NCBI RefSeq assembly: GCF_000150275.1 | Contig: NW_002060948.1 | Location: 2,596,180 to 2,660,179 of the forward strand | DNA length: 64,000 nucleotides | Reading direction: 5' to 3' | Source: Trichoplax adhaerens | Lineage: Eukaryota; Animalia; Placozoa | Shown here: positions 38,542 to 51,678 of the stretch, one piece after another | Numbering within the stretch: the first letter of the stretch is position 1 | How the letters are laid out: each line of letters starts with the position of its first letter | Notes under the pieces: generated by a model | What the model was told of the DNA's origin: nothing | What the model saw: only the letters and a program-made list of their open reading frames with translations | The model's database searches: none | Translations under genes and position numbers: made by a program

Positions 38542-41500
38542 TTACAATAATGTTTGTTTTTCTCTGTCGTTTAGTAATCCCGGTATTTTTCCGTTCGCCC
38601 AATCCGACTTTAATTTTTTAACTTTGGCAAGTATTTTTAACGCAGGACCGAGCTTTAAATTTAAGATAGAAATTAAATGTTCTTCGCGTAAAAGCAGTAA
38701 TGCTTCTCCATCAACTTGCTCATTAAGGAATAACTGTCCATATCTCTCACAACCATCAATAGTACATACAAAATACGCAACTTGCTGACTATTCCAAGAG
38801 TAAGGACTAGAACTAAGCCAAGTGGTATCTAACTGATCTGTATTGATGGATTCGTTTGATATCGAGCTGTGCATAACATTGACTGGAAATTTTCTGGCAC
38901 GAGTATCTTCATCATTTACCGCATCAAATATGGTCATATCGGATCTCTATAGATGCAGATTCATTAAAAAATACTATTCAATAAAGTAGGCTACTTCGAT
39001 ATCTACAGTAAATAAGGTAAAAATCTCAGTTTCAAATTACACCACATTGTAAAATAAAACGATTATTCTAGTGTATTACAATTGAAAACATGCACGCAAA
39101 CGATTATAAATTACACTGACGATATATTACCTTTGTACAAAGTTCGCGTGAAGTCTTCAATAATTTACCATTACTAGTATTACGGCGATATTTGTAAGAC
39201 ATTTGATTCACTGTCGAAGCTTTCGAGTGAATAGGATACTTCTTTGAAACATTCTTTACATTTTCTGTATTCGCTGTTAAATCATTACCTTCTGCAAAAA
39301 TTGTACAAGTAAACAGATGCATTGTTATTATTATCACTACCATGATATAATAGAAATCACACAAATGAATTTATGCTACATGTTTACTTCCATACTCTTC
39401 TTAGCTATATACTGCACATATTAAGTATTATTTAACTGTAGGATTTATTTGCAGGAATCATGTCCCAATGGTGATTGTTCGAGTGACAATTTTAACTACT
39501 GTATGATTACCTTATTATCCTTTACTAATGAAATCTACGTTTGCACTACCAGAGGAGTTTAATAGTTCCCGACACTATGATGTGAACTTCAAGCATAATT
39601 CAATTTTATATCCATTGCAATGTAAATTATCTAGCCGTACTGGATCTTATAGGTAATACAATGTACATGTTGTCCGTACAAATTACTTATTTATAATTTT
39701 AAAGTGCCACAGACCAGGCTAAAATAAGGCTAAATTGCTTAAGATATCAGAACTAGTAACTGCAAAAATCATTGCTGTAATATTAACTGTAGTAGGTTAA
39801 CATCATCATGTTAGTGCAGTATACAGTATATAACATATACAGTATTCCATGCGCACTGTAAGCGGTAAAAGTGACAGATAAGGGAGTACGTAGCACTATA
39901 AGATGGAAAGTTATAAAGTTTGAGATATGTATTGTGGCCAAATGTTACTTCATACGCACCCGTTGAATATGTCGTCGTTGAAGGCTTCTACAAAAAGACA
40001 GAATAGAACAACACCGAATAAATAACATAAAATATGCTACGTTATAGAATACATGTACATCAATAGGGCTTACAATTAACAGTCACCGTTATATCAACTA
40101 TTTGATACTTGAATAAATACATTTTTAAAAATGTCCAAAATAAAAGGTATTCTGCATACGTACTTCTATAGATATGTGCCATGGTATGACAGATAAGCTG
40201 AGTGATAAGGTGAGCATGATGACGTATGCAGTAACGGCTTTTACTGACAATTAAAGTAAACTCATAACTGTAGTTTGCGAAGAATAAATCAGTATCGCAA
40301 GGTTAGGCGTATCAAGGCCAAATTAGCTAGAATATATCTATGCACTATTAGATTATGGAATGACAAGGTCACTGCTGTCGTATCAGGTTATACATTCCAT
40401 CACTAATTAAAAATAATACGCATGCAATGTAGTAAGTAAGTGTTGCTTTCCTTTCAATTATTAATACTATATGTGCAATCGAATGATAAGCATGTGTCTT
40501 CTCGAGTCTTCCTTCGAGCCCTCATCCCGTTTTTACTGTCCGATTCTGACCTAAGGTTATGCTACTCGTATATAAATCAATTTTACGTTAGTGACATCAT
40601 AAATGCTCAGCATCAGCTATGAGATTTTTTTCATGAATTATTGTACACTGATAGCACATCAGAATTTGTTCATGGTTGTTATAGCATTATGAGTCAAGAC
40701 TAAAAGGTGATGTAATTTCAGTTTTCAAAGAGGAAGACTCGTAAATTTGTAAGCTCCTGAGTGTATTTCAAATATTGTATTGCGTATTTCTTTACCATCG
40801 ATCGCACCAACTGTACATACAGTACACGCATAGCTACAAAGTAAGCAATACGTGGTCAACATTTTTCAGTAAGCAGAAATATTATTACTGATTAAAATTG
40901 AGAATCGTTCAGGTAGCTTTTTAGAAATTCAAAATTCCTTGATCATTATGTACCGAATATACCCGTACAGTACTCGCATACTATGGATGTACGTATTGTC
41001 GTCATAATACACGAATTGAGCATCAGTATCCTGCTATGTAAGGTTAAGCTGAAATAAAGTATAATTATAATGAAGCAATCCAGTACGAGGGTCGATTATC
41101 TCTTATACATAGAGCCATCAGTTCCTAGCTTGTGTTGTTGCAAAATAACTTATTCGGTCAAGTAGAAAACAACCAGTATACGTCCTTATAATACTGTTTG
41201 ATCATCATAATATTAGTAGTGTACACTGATGTACTCGAAAAGTAAGTTATGAGATGAAGATTGTTTCGCCTAAGCTGCATAGAAATATTGAATCTTATAA
41301 TTCATTCCTGACTGTAGTAATCGACTGACGTAGACAGCTGGATATATTTTGGTCAATCGATAGAAATTTGGAGTTCATGATCAAAATACAATGGCTGCCT
41401 ACGACAGTCGAGCGTAAAAAGATTTCAACGAAATTACAATCCTTCATCAAGTTAAGAGTACACCGAGTCAAGATTTCCCTTAACTGCATGCTAGATCACA

Positions 41501-41620
41501 AATCAATCGAATTCAACTTACAATAAAAGGCTGATCGCTTTCCTCAATAATAAAACCGTCAATAAGATGAGTGATGATTGAAGGAGTTTTACGAGTATCA
41601 TCAGTCTGGTCTAGACTCAT
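38542..41620 (-). CDS. Polyhomeotic-like protein (HD1 motif + C-terminal SAM domain), ~230 aa
   Basis: Exons 41620-41522 (MSLDQTDDTRKTPSIITHLIDGFIIEESDQPFI, a Ph HD1-like motif), 39987-39960, 39291-39131 and 38946-38542 join with consistent phases 0/1/0. The SAM domain PYSWNSQQVAYFV...QVDGEALLLLREEHLISILNLKLGPALKI is Ph-type. Confidence 0.82.
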
Positions 41621-41979
41621 TTCGTAGCATAGTGGCCGTAATAGATTGCAATAATTTCTTCCAATAGCAGAGTACAATTCGACGCAGCAAGCACCACTTC
41701 AAGTCGACACTAAAATTGCCAAGGAATGGCAACAATATCAATGAGTTGGGCGAGATGAAATTGAAGTACTAGTCCAATAAAGTAAGTAGACAGTGATAAT
41801 GGAGAAAAAAGAGTCCAATAATTTAATCCTAAAGCCGTTTTCTAAATCTCTTGAATGGATTCTACTTTTATTGTGATTTAGAATATTAAGTCCAGATCAT
41901 CCAATCCTGCTGCCTAGACTGCAGATTACAGCTATGTGATCGCATTGGATAGCTTAAAATAGTACCATGACGGTAAATT

Positions 41980-42270
41980 CTGTACAGTACCGTACAATAC
42001 AGCATGCTATACGCGAGTTTAGAATAGACTTCCGTCACTAATGCACTTTACTACGGTATAGTACTGTAGAGTGTAGAGTGTAGAGTGTACAGTGTACAGT
42101 ACTGTAATGGCTACGAATTTGAGGTTCTTCATGATCTGGTCCGGTCTGGTCCGGTCTGGTCTACGAGCGTGACCGGATATTTTTGGCAAAACAATCTTCT
42201 ACACAGTGTATCTTACGAATCCAAGTACAGTACTGTACAGTACTGTATGGACTGTAGTGTACTGTAGGTA
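41980..42270. promoter_or_regulatory. TACWG-rich island upstream of the Ph-like gene (probable promoter)
   Basis: Perfect 22-bp palindrome TACAGTACTGTACAGTACTGTA at 42226-42247, GTGTAGA repeats, and a (GGTCY)n run at ~42137-42162. Confidence 0.5.
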
Positions 42271-44544
42271 AGACAAATGTCGTAAGTTGAGACCTTGTTG
42301 GCATTACATCATATGAATGGTATGCGACATCTGTTTTGCACATTGCTAGTACTATGACTATATGTGCATCATAGACTACCCTTTCAAGTCGGAGTAGGCC
42401 TAGTATTGTCCTTGATAGTTAGGAGTCTAGGACCCATTCTACGCGACGTCCTTGATTGTATCATGGACTTATCCAAAAAAATTCTGTAAGTTGTCTCTTT
42501 CTTTAATTTTTGGAAAGCCTCCGAGTATGTGCCGTAGACTTGTTACAACAACAACGGAAGGGATCGAGATAGATATCACCAGATAGCTAAGCAAGGACTA
42601 CCTTTAATTAATAGCTAAAGGCAGTCCCTTATATAGTACTATATGCTCTATCGAACCTATCCTATCTACAATACACCAACAGTGATTTGCTTGGCTTTAT
42701 TGATCTTGTGTCAGTCATTCTTTCTAGTAACGAAAGGCTTGATGACGAAGTTGTAAATAAATGTACGTATGTAAGCAGTAATCCGATATCCTACATTTTA
42801 TTCAGTGTGATTCCGATGTAGCAACCTTTTTAGAATATACAGGTCATATTGATTTCATTGAACTAGATAAATGCTCAGCTATCGAACTGTAGCATAAATC
42901 ATTCTATTCCATGTTGAAATTAAATCGTTTTAACAGTAAAATAGATAATTTTTACTAATCAAATCAGATTAATTCTATAGAATCGGTATACGAAACAAAG
43001 TTTTCGGACTCGACTCCTGAGACTGAGAGCGAATCGAAAGGCTGCTGCATCCTCTAGTCACAGACTGTCACAAACCAAGTAAATATGCACCAGTATTCAT
43101 TCACGATAGAATACAGGCCATTCTAGGCAACACATACCGAATCTCTGTAGCGCACTAGCACCAAATCAGGGACTACTCAACGATTTTTCCCCTTGAAGAA
43201 TTCTTAACCATGGACTTTGAAGACTAATACGTCTTAGAAGTCCCTGATGGCCTGGCCTGGCCAAACATGACTGAGTCTACTAACGTCACTAGTAGCTGAG
43301 CTGTCATCGAAAGCCAAATTCGTTGTTGCATCGTTGGTCGTTCTTGGTTGATGAATGACGCCACTAGCAATCATACCACTGTAACATTGACACTGGGTTC
43401 AGTACCATTTTGTATACAACATCTTTCATTGAATGAATCGACACATTGTGCTACAGGATGACACTACTGACAAACGTACTGTACCACTGCTACATTCGTC
43501 TCCAGTATCTTTGTGATAAAGTGATCTTCAAAACAATAAATCAAGAACTACAGTTTCTTGCAAATTTCACTTTATTACAGAAGTTAGGTTCGTCTAACTA
43601 CCAAGGACTATCCGACTATCTGACAATCTACTTATTACAGCAAAATTCACGATTTATATGCGATTAGTTACAGAATGCTTTTACTGTAACAAATCTTATC
43701 TTGCCCATTAAGTCGCAAGATCAATTGATTGAATCGACACACTGGACAGTTCACTGTAGATTCACGCCTCAACGTTGAACACAATTGCCGGCAGACTATT
43801 CGAAATTCAATGCAGGAATATAATTGACTGTGAAATCAATTTTTTTCTTTGAATTGCTGCTCCTATTGAATTTACAATAATTTACCAGAAAGAGAATACT
43901 GCAAGAATAGATTTCAATATTGGAAATGCACGCTATCACAATAATCAAGAAATCATATTTAACCTTCCTTTCTCAGCGCTGGTTATATAACATGCAAGCG
44001 ACCACATGTAGAACCAATTCAGTAGTGGAAACATTGAAACTGGAGAAGAAAGTCCATTTCAATGTCAATGAAGTTTAACGTACCATAAAATGTGTTAGTA
44101 ACTAGTATTACTATTTATACCTTTATTTTACTAGTTCGACTTTGCAGTTAAATTAATTATCGTCAATACGTCAAGTAGAATTAGTTATCAATTCATTTTT
44201 TATGATCTCCTTCTCTCAACTTTGAATTTCACCTTCAGAAATAATTAGATGATAGTAGCAGAATTTCAAGTAAAGTTGCTGGGATTAAGTCGGTTGCTTC
44301 ATTGCACAGTAATATTCGAATGCCGGTTCTACAGTATCACAATAGTCAAATAGGAAACGAATAAAGATGCAACATGATGACCACTAGAGAGTAAAGACCC
44401 TGTACTAAAAAGATTCCAAGGCTTTTAATGAAACGAACGCGACAGACACAAATTTCTGCAGTGCTAATCGTAGTTAATCCATATATAAATTAAATTTTAT
44501 AATATATGCAAGAAACTTTTGTCTGCATGTCTGTCTTGTCTGTT

Positions 44545-44600
44545 TCTACTATACTGTACTATAGTACAGTACTCTACTGCACACTATACTGTATATATAG
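44545..44600. promoter_or_regulatory. Short TACWG-rich tract upstream of UGDH
   Basis: CTACTATACTGTACTATAGTACAGTACTCTACTGCACACTATACTGTA, about 300-350 bp before the ATG at 44901. Confidence 0.4.
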
Positions 44601-44900
44601 ATGACAATATACACTGAAGTGCACTCTTGCACTAGAAACTTATTTCATTACAATTACAATTAATTAACCGAACACATCGTGTTCTGACGACAAACCCTTA
44701 ATTTTTCCTTTTACTCTTCTCACTTCTTGCTTGGCTATTGTAAATAGAACCAATCTTTTACACGGAGGCAGCAGTAGCAGTGATTGCACATTACAACTTT
44801 GAGGGAGATAGAAGGAAATTGCCCGCTTGGTCTAATTGTCGTCTACCATCATTGGTTAAAAATAATAATAATAACTCTGTAAAACTATACCCTGTCAAGA

Positions 44901-47900
44901 ATGCAAAAAGACCAAACTAGTAACGCTCCTGGTAGTAATCATATCCAACCCTTCACACCACGTATTAACTGCATATGTTGTATTGGTGCTGGTTACGTTG
45001 GTGGACCAACCTGTGCTGTCATTGCTCTCAAATGCCCTGAAATTCAGGTCTTGATTGTCGATAAAAACCAAGACCGAATTAACGCTTGGAATGGCGAAAC
45101 TTTACCAATCTACGAGGTACTGTAAGTTATTAATTAAATTGAACAATGTATTCTACATTGCAATCAATGACCTCCAATTTTTCTTAACCTTTATACGCGT
45201 TATTATAATTGGGTAGATTGATACCAGAAATTATGTGATAACCAAAAGCATGCTCATTCACATGTATAATTTATACGCTTCAAATCCAACTAAATTTATT
45301 CCCCTCTATGAAATATCGCCTCTATATGCAATATCCGATACGTTTACCAGATACCAGAATCAACAAAAATTCTACAATGTACTGTACATTCATTAAAATT
45401 ATATAACCCGTCTCAGAGTCTACTAAACTAGAGGTCTGCTACAAGATATTGCATTGAAAGCTAAGAAATTACTATAAATCTTCAATAAATTACTACAGTG
45501 CTCGACATCTTGTTTAGGTATACAGTATTCGGTAAAGTTTATGTTACATGCATAGTAGTACAATACATTAAACGTGCATAACCTCGTAAAATAAGTTAGT
45601 ACTTTCCAATAGATTAATGCACCGTATTCTTATTGAAAGTATACTGTATACTGTAGTTCAGCAAAATGTGTATAAACTTGAAAACTTCTCCCACTTTTCA
45701 CAAATTAAACGCCGCTTTGTTGATAGAGTGTGGTACATGCTATTGGATTTGAATCATTGACATAAATACGCATTCAAAATGTTCAGTACCTTATATTTCA
45801 ATGTTTACATAACGCTGTGATTCAAATTGAAATGCTGCACTGTATAGTAAATCACCAAGAAGATTCTACAATACTGTATACTATACAGTGTAGTATAGTG
45901 CATACTTTTAAAAAATCGTTATCAGTATTCTCTTTCATAAATGTAGCGAATCGAGAATACTACATAATACCGTATAGAGACTGACAAAACATATTTATAC
46001 TTTGATCACTTATGGGCCTTATAAATTAAACTCTTCATCTTGACTTTGATAGATATCAATCGTAGATATTATTTTTGGTTCCTATTCGTTTGTATATTAC
46101 TGCGGTTCAATTAATGATACACATACAAATAGACTTTAAAGCTCATTATCCTGCTTTATTAATAAATGATAAGATAAAAAAATAGATATTGTGGTTAATA
46201 AATAAAATTCCTTTCTTAACACTACTTAAGATGTTGAATTAGATCGTTTTAATTGCAAATAACATCTTAGCGTATATACGTATGAAATTACTGCATGATT
46301 TTAAATTTCTACCAGTATTGAATAATAACACGAATTGCTAAAAATTTCAGACAACAAGTATTGTTAACTTAATAAATTAAACGAGTAGAAATGGGCTTAA
46401 GCGCTAAACATAGTTCTTTAACTGTATATTAAGCTCTTCCTGATATTTCTTACATGTTGTAGCCTGGCTTAGATGAAATAGTAAAACATTGCCGCGGCAG
46501 AAATTTGTTTTTTTCAACTGATATCGACGCAGGTATTCGGGATGCCCAGCTGATATTTATTTCGGTAAGAAGCAATTGCAGTTGTGCCAACTGTTAGATA
46601 TTGTTATTACTACTACTATATTACTGTTCTCAAAAGATGATGAGCTGAAGCATCATTTACCTACTCAATTTGTCATTTATCGTGCATACAGGAATATACG
46701 CAACATACGCTTATAAGCGATTTCAGTTTCTAGTGGCAATTAATCTGGTTTTATCATGGTGTTTATATCTTATTTTCATCATTCTGACTGCCAATACTAT
46801 CAATGGGAAGACTGCTCAATGACATATAAATTAATTTCATAATAGTGCATCGTTCATACTCTCATCTACGCTTGTTAGTTATTACACATTGTTATTTTTT
46901 TACTTTGGATTCCTATGTACTTATAGGAAGACTACGTAATAATAAAATATCATATTGTATCTATCTCATGAAATCCTACTAGTTAAACCATGAAAAACGA
47001 AAATTTCGATGTTTTCTTCGCTAATAAATTTTATGCTTGCCTACATAAAATTTAATTTAATCTAGGTTAATACCCCAACAAAAACATATGGTATAGGAAA
47101 GGTAAACGAAGCACACCTATCTTAGCTGATAATTAATACATCCTTCGTATTTCTCTAGCGGCCATACGTTACGAATAGCTACTAATACCATAACATGGCA
47201 AGATTGATTTTACTGTATAAGTTGCCATAGCTTTCACATGCTAATCATGCTAATCATCTCCATCGATATTCGTATACTGTATGTAGTAGATAGTAGATAT
47301 GTATGATGATGTTGATTCCTATCCACTTCTAGGGTCGCGCAACAGATTTGCAATTTGTGGAAGCTGCTGCTAGACATATAGGGCAGATTGCAACTGGTAA
47401 GAAAATTATTGTAGAGAAAAGCACTGTGCCAGTAAAAGCTGCAGAAAGGTATACCATGTAAAATTATGACGTACACTATCAATTTTTCGCTATAAAATCT
47501 CTGATATTACTGCCATTTATTTAACTGATCATTATTTATGATATCACCTTAGTATCGCGAAAATCCTGTACTCTAATATCGATGACAATGTTTCCTTCGA
47601 GGTAAGAGAAATAGTCTGATTTCTGTAAAATAATGCTATACAAGAACTTCAATATACTGTAAAAACTTTAAAACTGTTGGAACATTGTTCACTAAATGAT
47701 TCAATAGTATCAATACTTACACGGCAATATTATATCATAGGTTTTATCGAATCCAGAATTTTTAGCTGAAGGCACTGCTATTAATGATCTACTGCAACCA
47801 GATCGTGTGTTAATAGGTAGATAAACTATTTTGCAAAGATTTTATGCTTGTATAAACAAACATTACTGTATTAAGTTGTAACTATTTGAGAATTGAATAT

Positions 47901-49613
47901 AATGTAGGCGGTAGCCAAACTGATCCTGGCATTGAAGCTATAAACCAACTAGCTTGGGTATACGAACATTGGGTTCCGCCATCCAAAGTACTTAGGACAA
48001 ATGTTTGGTCTTCAGAATTATCGAAACTGGTAAATTTCTCGTAAAAGTTTGACAAGTAGCTTATACCTTACAGCATATCAATAAAACTGCATCATAATTT
48101 TCCTATAGGCTTCTAATGCGTTTTTGGCCCAAAAAGTATCGAGTATAAATGCCGTAAGTGCAATTTGCGAAGCAACAGGCGCAGACATTTCAGATGTAGC
48201 ACATTCTATTGGATTGGATAAACGGATTGGTTCGAAGTATCTTCAAGCTAGTATTGGTTAGTGGCACGAACGTTAATGATAAATTAGATTTTTATAGTAC
48301 TTCATTTTATTCAATTTTTAGAATATTGATCATTAGCTCTATTTAATTTAGGATTCGGTGGTAGCTGTTTTCAAAAGGACGTATTGAGTCTAACTTATAT
48401 TTGTGAAGCATTAAACTTAACAGAAGTTGCTGATTATTGGCATCAAGTAAGTTTGGCTCGAAATCGAATCTATAAATATATTAGAAAGTATATTTTAATG
48501 TTAAATGCACATATACAGAATATATATTATCTCTAGTTTTGCTGTAATATTGCTATTTATACGCAATAATTATGTGCAACGCTGTTACTGATTAAAATAA
48601 TCATCTAGGATTAGCTGTTGTTAGCCCTTTATATATGGAAAAACTATGTTCCATTACCGTAAAGAATTTATTAGTATATACTCAATACTCGTAGGTTGTT
48701 GTCATGAATAACTATCAAAAGAAAAGATTTGCTCGGAAAATTATCCAATGTCTTTTTCATACTGTATCTAATAAAAGAATCGCAATATTTGGATTTACTT
48801 TTAAGAAAGATACTGCGGACACTAGGTATACAACTTTAGTAGCTAGAGCAAGGATGACAGTCATCATTGTAGCTATCGCAACCTTGAATTGCTTCTAAAA
48901 TAATTGTATGTTGTAGAGAGTCATCAAGCATTTATGTAGGAAAATATTTAATGGATGAAGAAGCACGCCTGGTTGTTTATGATCCAAAAGCTGATAAAGG
49001 CCAAATAATTAGGTTTGTCTTCTATGTAGCGTATAGTATATAATCTATAATTGATATTATTAAGTAAATAAACCTAATACATCATTTGGAATGATTTTTT
49101 AGCGATCTCCGGGAGGTTTCTTCTCAAGATCCGCAACGTGGTATGACTATAACAATTAAATTTCTTACCCATTGCTAGAAAATATCGTTTGAAGGGTAAC
49201 TTCTGATATGATAAACTCACCGAAACTATTTACGTACCAATTATTTTGTAGTAGATAGACTTGTTTCCGTTATAAACGACCCATACGATGCTGCTAAAGA
49301 CGCCCATGCCATCGTTATCTGCACTGAATGGGACGAATTCAAGGTATTGGATAAATATTTTTTGAATACCGAAATAAATGTAGTATGTTAAATAAAATTA
49401 AAATATAACTACCTAGCTTATAATATCATGATCCTTATCTATAATACCTAGGCATTAGATTACGAAAAGATTTATAATTCAATGTACAAGCCAGCGTATA
49501 TTTTCGATGGTAGAATTATCTTGGATCATGCAGCTTTACTTCGTATTGGCTTTCATGTAGAAGTAGTTGGAAAAGTTATGAAGAAACCAGTTAATGACCT
49601 TACACCATTTTAA
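44901..49613 (+). CDS. UGDH: UDP-glucose 6-dehydrogenase, multi-exon
   Basis: Motifs [58 protein letters not shown], catalytic [21 protein letters not shown] and IFDGR. Stop at 49611-49613. Confidence 0.97.
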
Positions 49614-51678
49614 TTTTTATATCGAGAGTAAAGTAAACTAATTATATTAACGGACGCGACACTCTCACTGTTAAACAGAGTATACAGATCATATCGAAAG
49701 CAAATTTATAAACTTAAATTTTTTAATTTTTCCCTACAAACTGACAGTCCTATCTATACTTATGAGGTATGAAAGAATCTTATTTTTAAATGCACGTTGT
49801 GTATAAATCAATAATAGAAAATATGATATTTCAGCAATACTCATAATATTCATAAATTGTATTTTCGAAACCATATTCATTGGAGGGTTACACGACGAAT
49901 GCTTAATAGCACTTTGTCTTCGATGTTAATTCCATGTACAGGATTTATTTTAACATAACAATATGCGCGTTTATATATGCGTATGAACATGTGTGTTAGG
50001 ACTTAGGATATGCTGTAATAAACCCTAACATTATTTATATTTTATGAGGGGAACTATAAAGCAGCTGGCTATTTAGTATAAGTTTAAAACCGTACTACAT
50101 CATTGTAGAATAACGATTAATGAAAGTGGAATACTCCCTTGTTACCTCTGCTACCTACAACGTAGATGCAGTTTTACGATTGATAATACGTGATTATTTC
50201 GATAAGACTACTAAAGCAGTATATTAATATTGAGCTTTACTAATACATCGATGAGCAATGCCATATACTCATGTACTGTATATATATACGTATAGTATGC
50301 TAGACGTTTCAAAACTGCACTTGTATTCATGGCGGCAGCAAAGGTTTTTGGTGCATCCGCTATTAAGTTTAAACTAGTACTTGTATCGCCGTCACTTTAA
50401 TTTTGTATAATTTAATATCGAATATTGTAATTAATGCGGACTGCATCACAATGACTCTTGGATTTAGTATATTAATGTAAGGAAACTCTGTAAGAACACT
50501 ATTACGTTATGACCAGGTGTGCATCCCTCTTAAATGACATCCGCATGAAATTTTACCGTATACAATCCCGGTGTCAGACCCGGTACTGTTTGAAAATAAA
50601 ATAATACGGAGCAGAATACATCATTCCATTGTTAAAATTAATCCTATCTTTCATTTTGCGTTCTATCAATTTCTGGATCAACAACATAAGCTATCGCTTT
50701 GTCTTAATACGGTAAGAATACTCTATCATGAAAAGGAAGGAAAATGAATCGTTCCATTGCTAAATCTTATTAGGGTATAGCAGAACGTTTGACTGATTCT
50801 GTAACCAATTATACTGCAATAAAATGGGGCCGATGTTGGAGAGTTTGCTATGTCGTATTATTCCCTAATGAGCTGCACTCATACTTTTAAAACCGCCTTG
50901 ATTTGACTACTGCGACAGACAAATGAATGCAAATATGAATTTACAGCTCGTTTAATTTAGATATATCATTATGGAGTACTAGTTCAAAAGAATGAGACCT
51001 ACAGTATGCCTGACACTTTACATAATTTGCTAATTCTTAGTAAATAGCCCTATAAAAGAAGCCTGAAGCAGGCAAGTGAACTGGCTGTAAAAAATTCATA
51101 GACTCGTGCGGATATTCATAAATAAAATTGTTTATACATGGCTGGTTTTCATTAAATCTGTTTTATATAGTGTCATGCAAACCAAAATTATTCTTAGGCA
51201 ATATATTGTAGTACAGTATTGCTCTCTAGGAGATGGATAATCGCATAGCTGGAAAGGTTGTGCATAGAATGCAACTGGGATCACTATAAAATTAAAGAGT
51301 ATTTTTTTACGCAGTTTTGCAGCTTAGCTGCGAATCTTTGGTGTTGCATATTTTGATCGGGTAAGAAGATTGAAGATTAAAATTCGATCAGTAGTTCAAG
51401 ACTAAAGAGCTATTCTCTTATATAATAAAATCAGATGCAAAGAAAACGTCCGCGGATAGCAATAAGTTTCTGTGACACCTTACTGGGAGTCCAATATTAC
51501 GGAAGATAAGAACTAACAATTATAGAAAGATCTCGCTTTATATATATTTACTGTTATGCAACTAATAGTAAACATCTTCTATCACTTTACAACTGACAGT
51601 AAGTAGCTATAACTTTCAATATACTAACGTCAACACCCCCTATTTAAGTTAGTTAATCTTGGTAGCGTTACATATTGA

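Noticed and set aside
40720-40835. YACTVC... frame on the - strand in the Ph-like intron as a possible FCS zinc-finger exon
   Set aside because: The CxxC comes from a TACTGTA word, no FCS..C half follows, and I found no phase-compatible splice path. RNA-seq is needed to exclude it fully.
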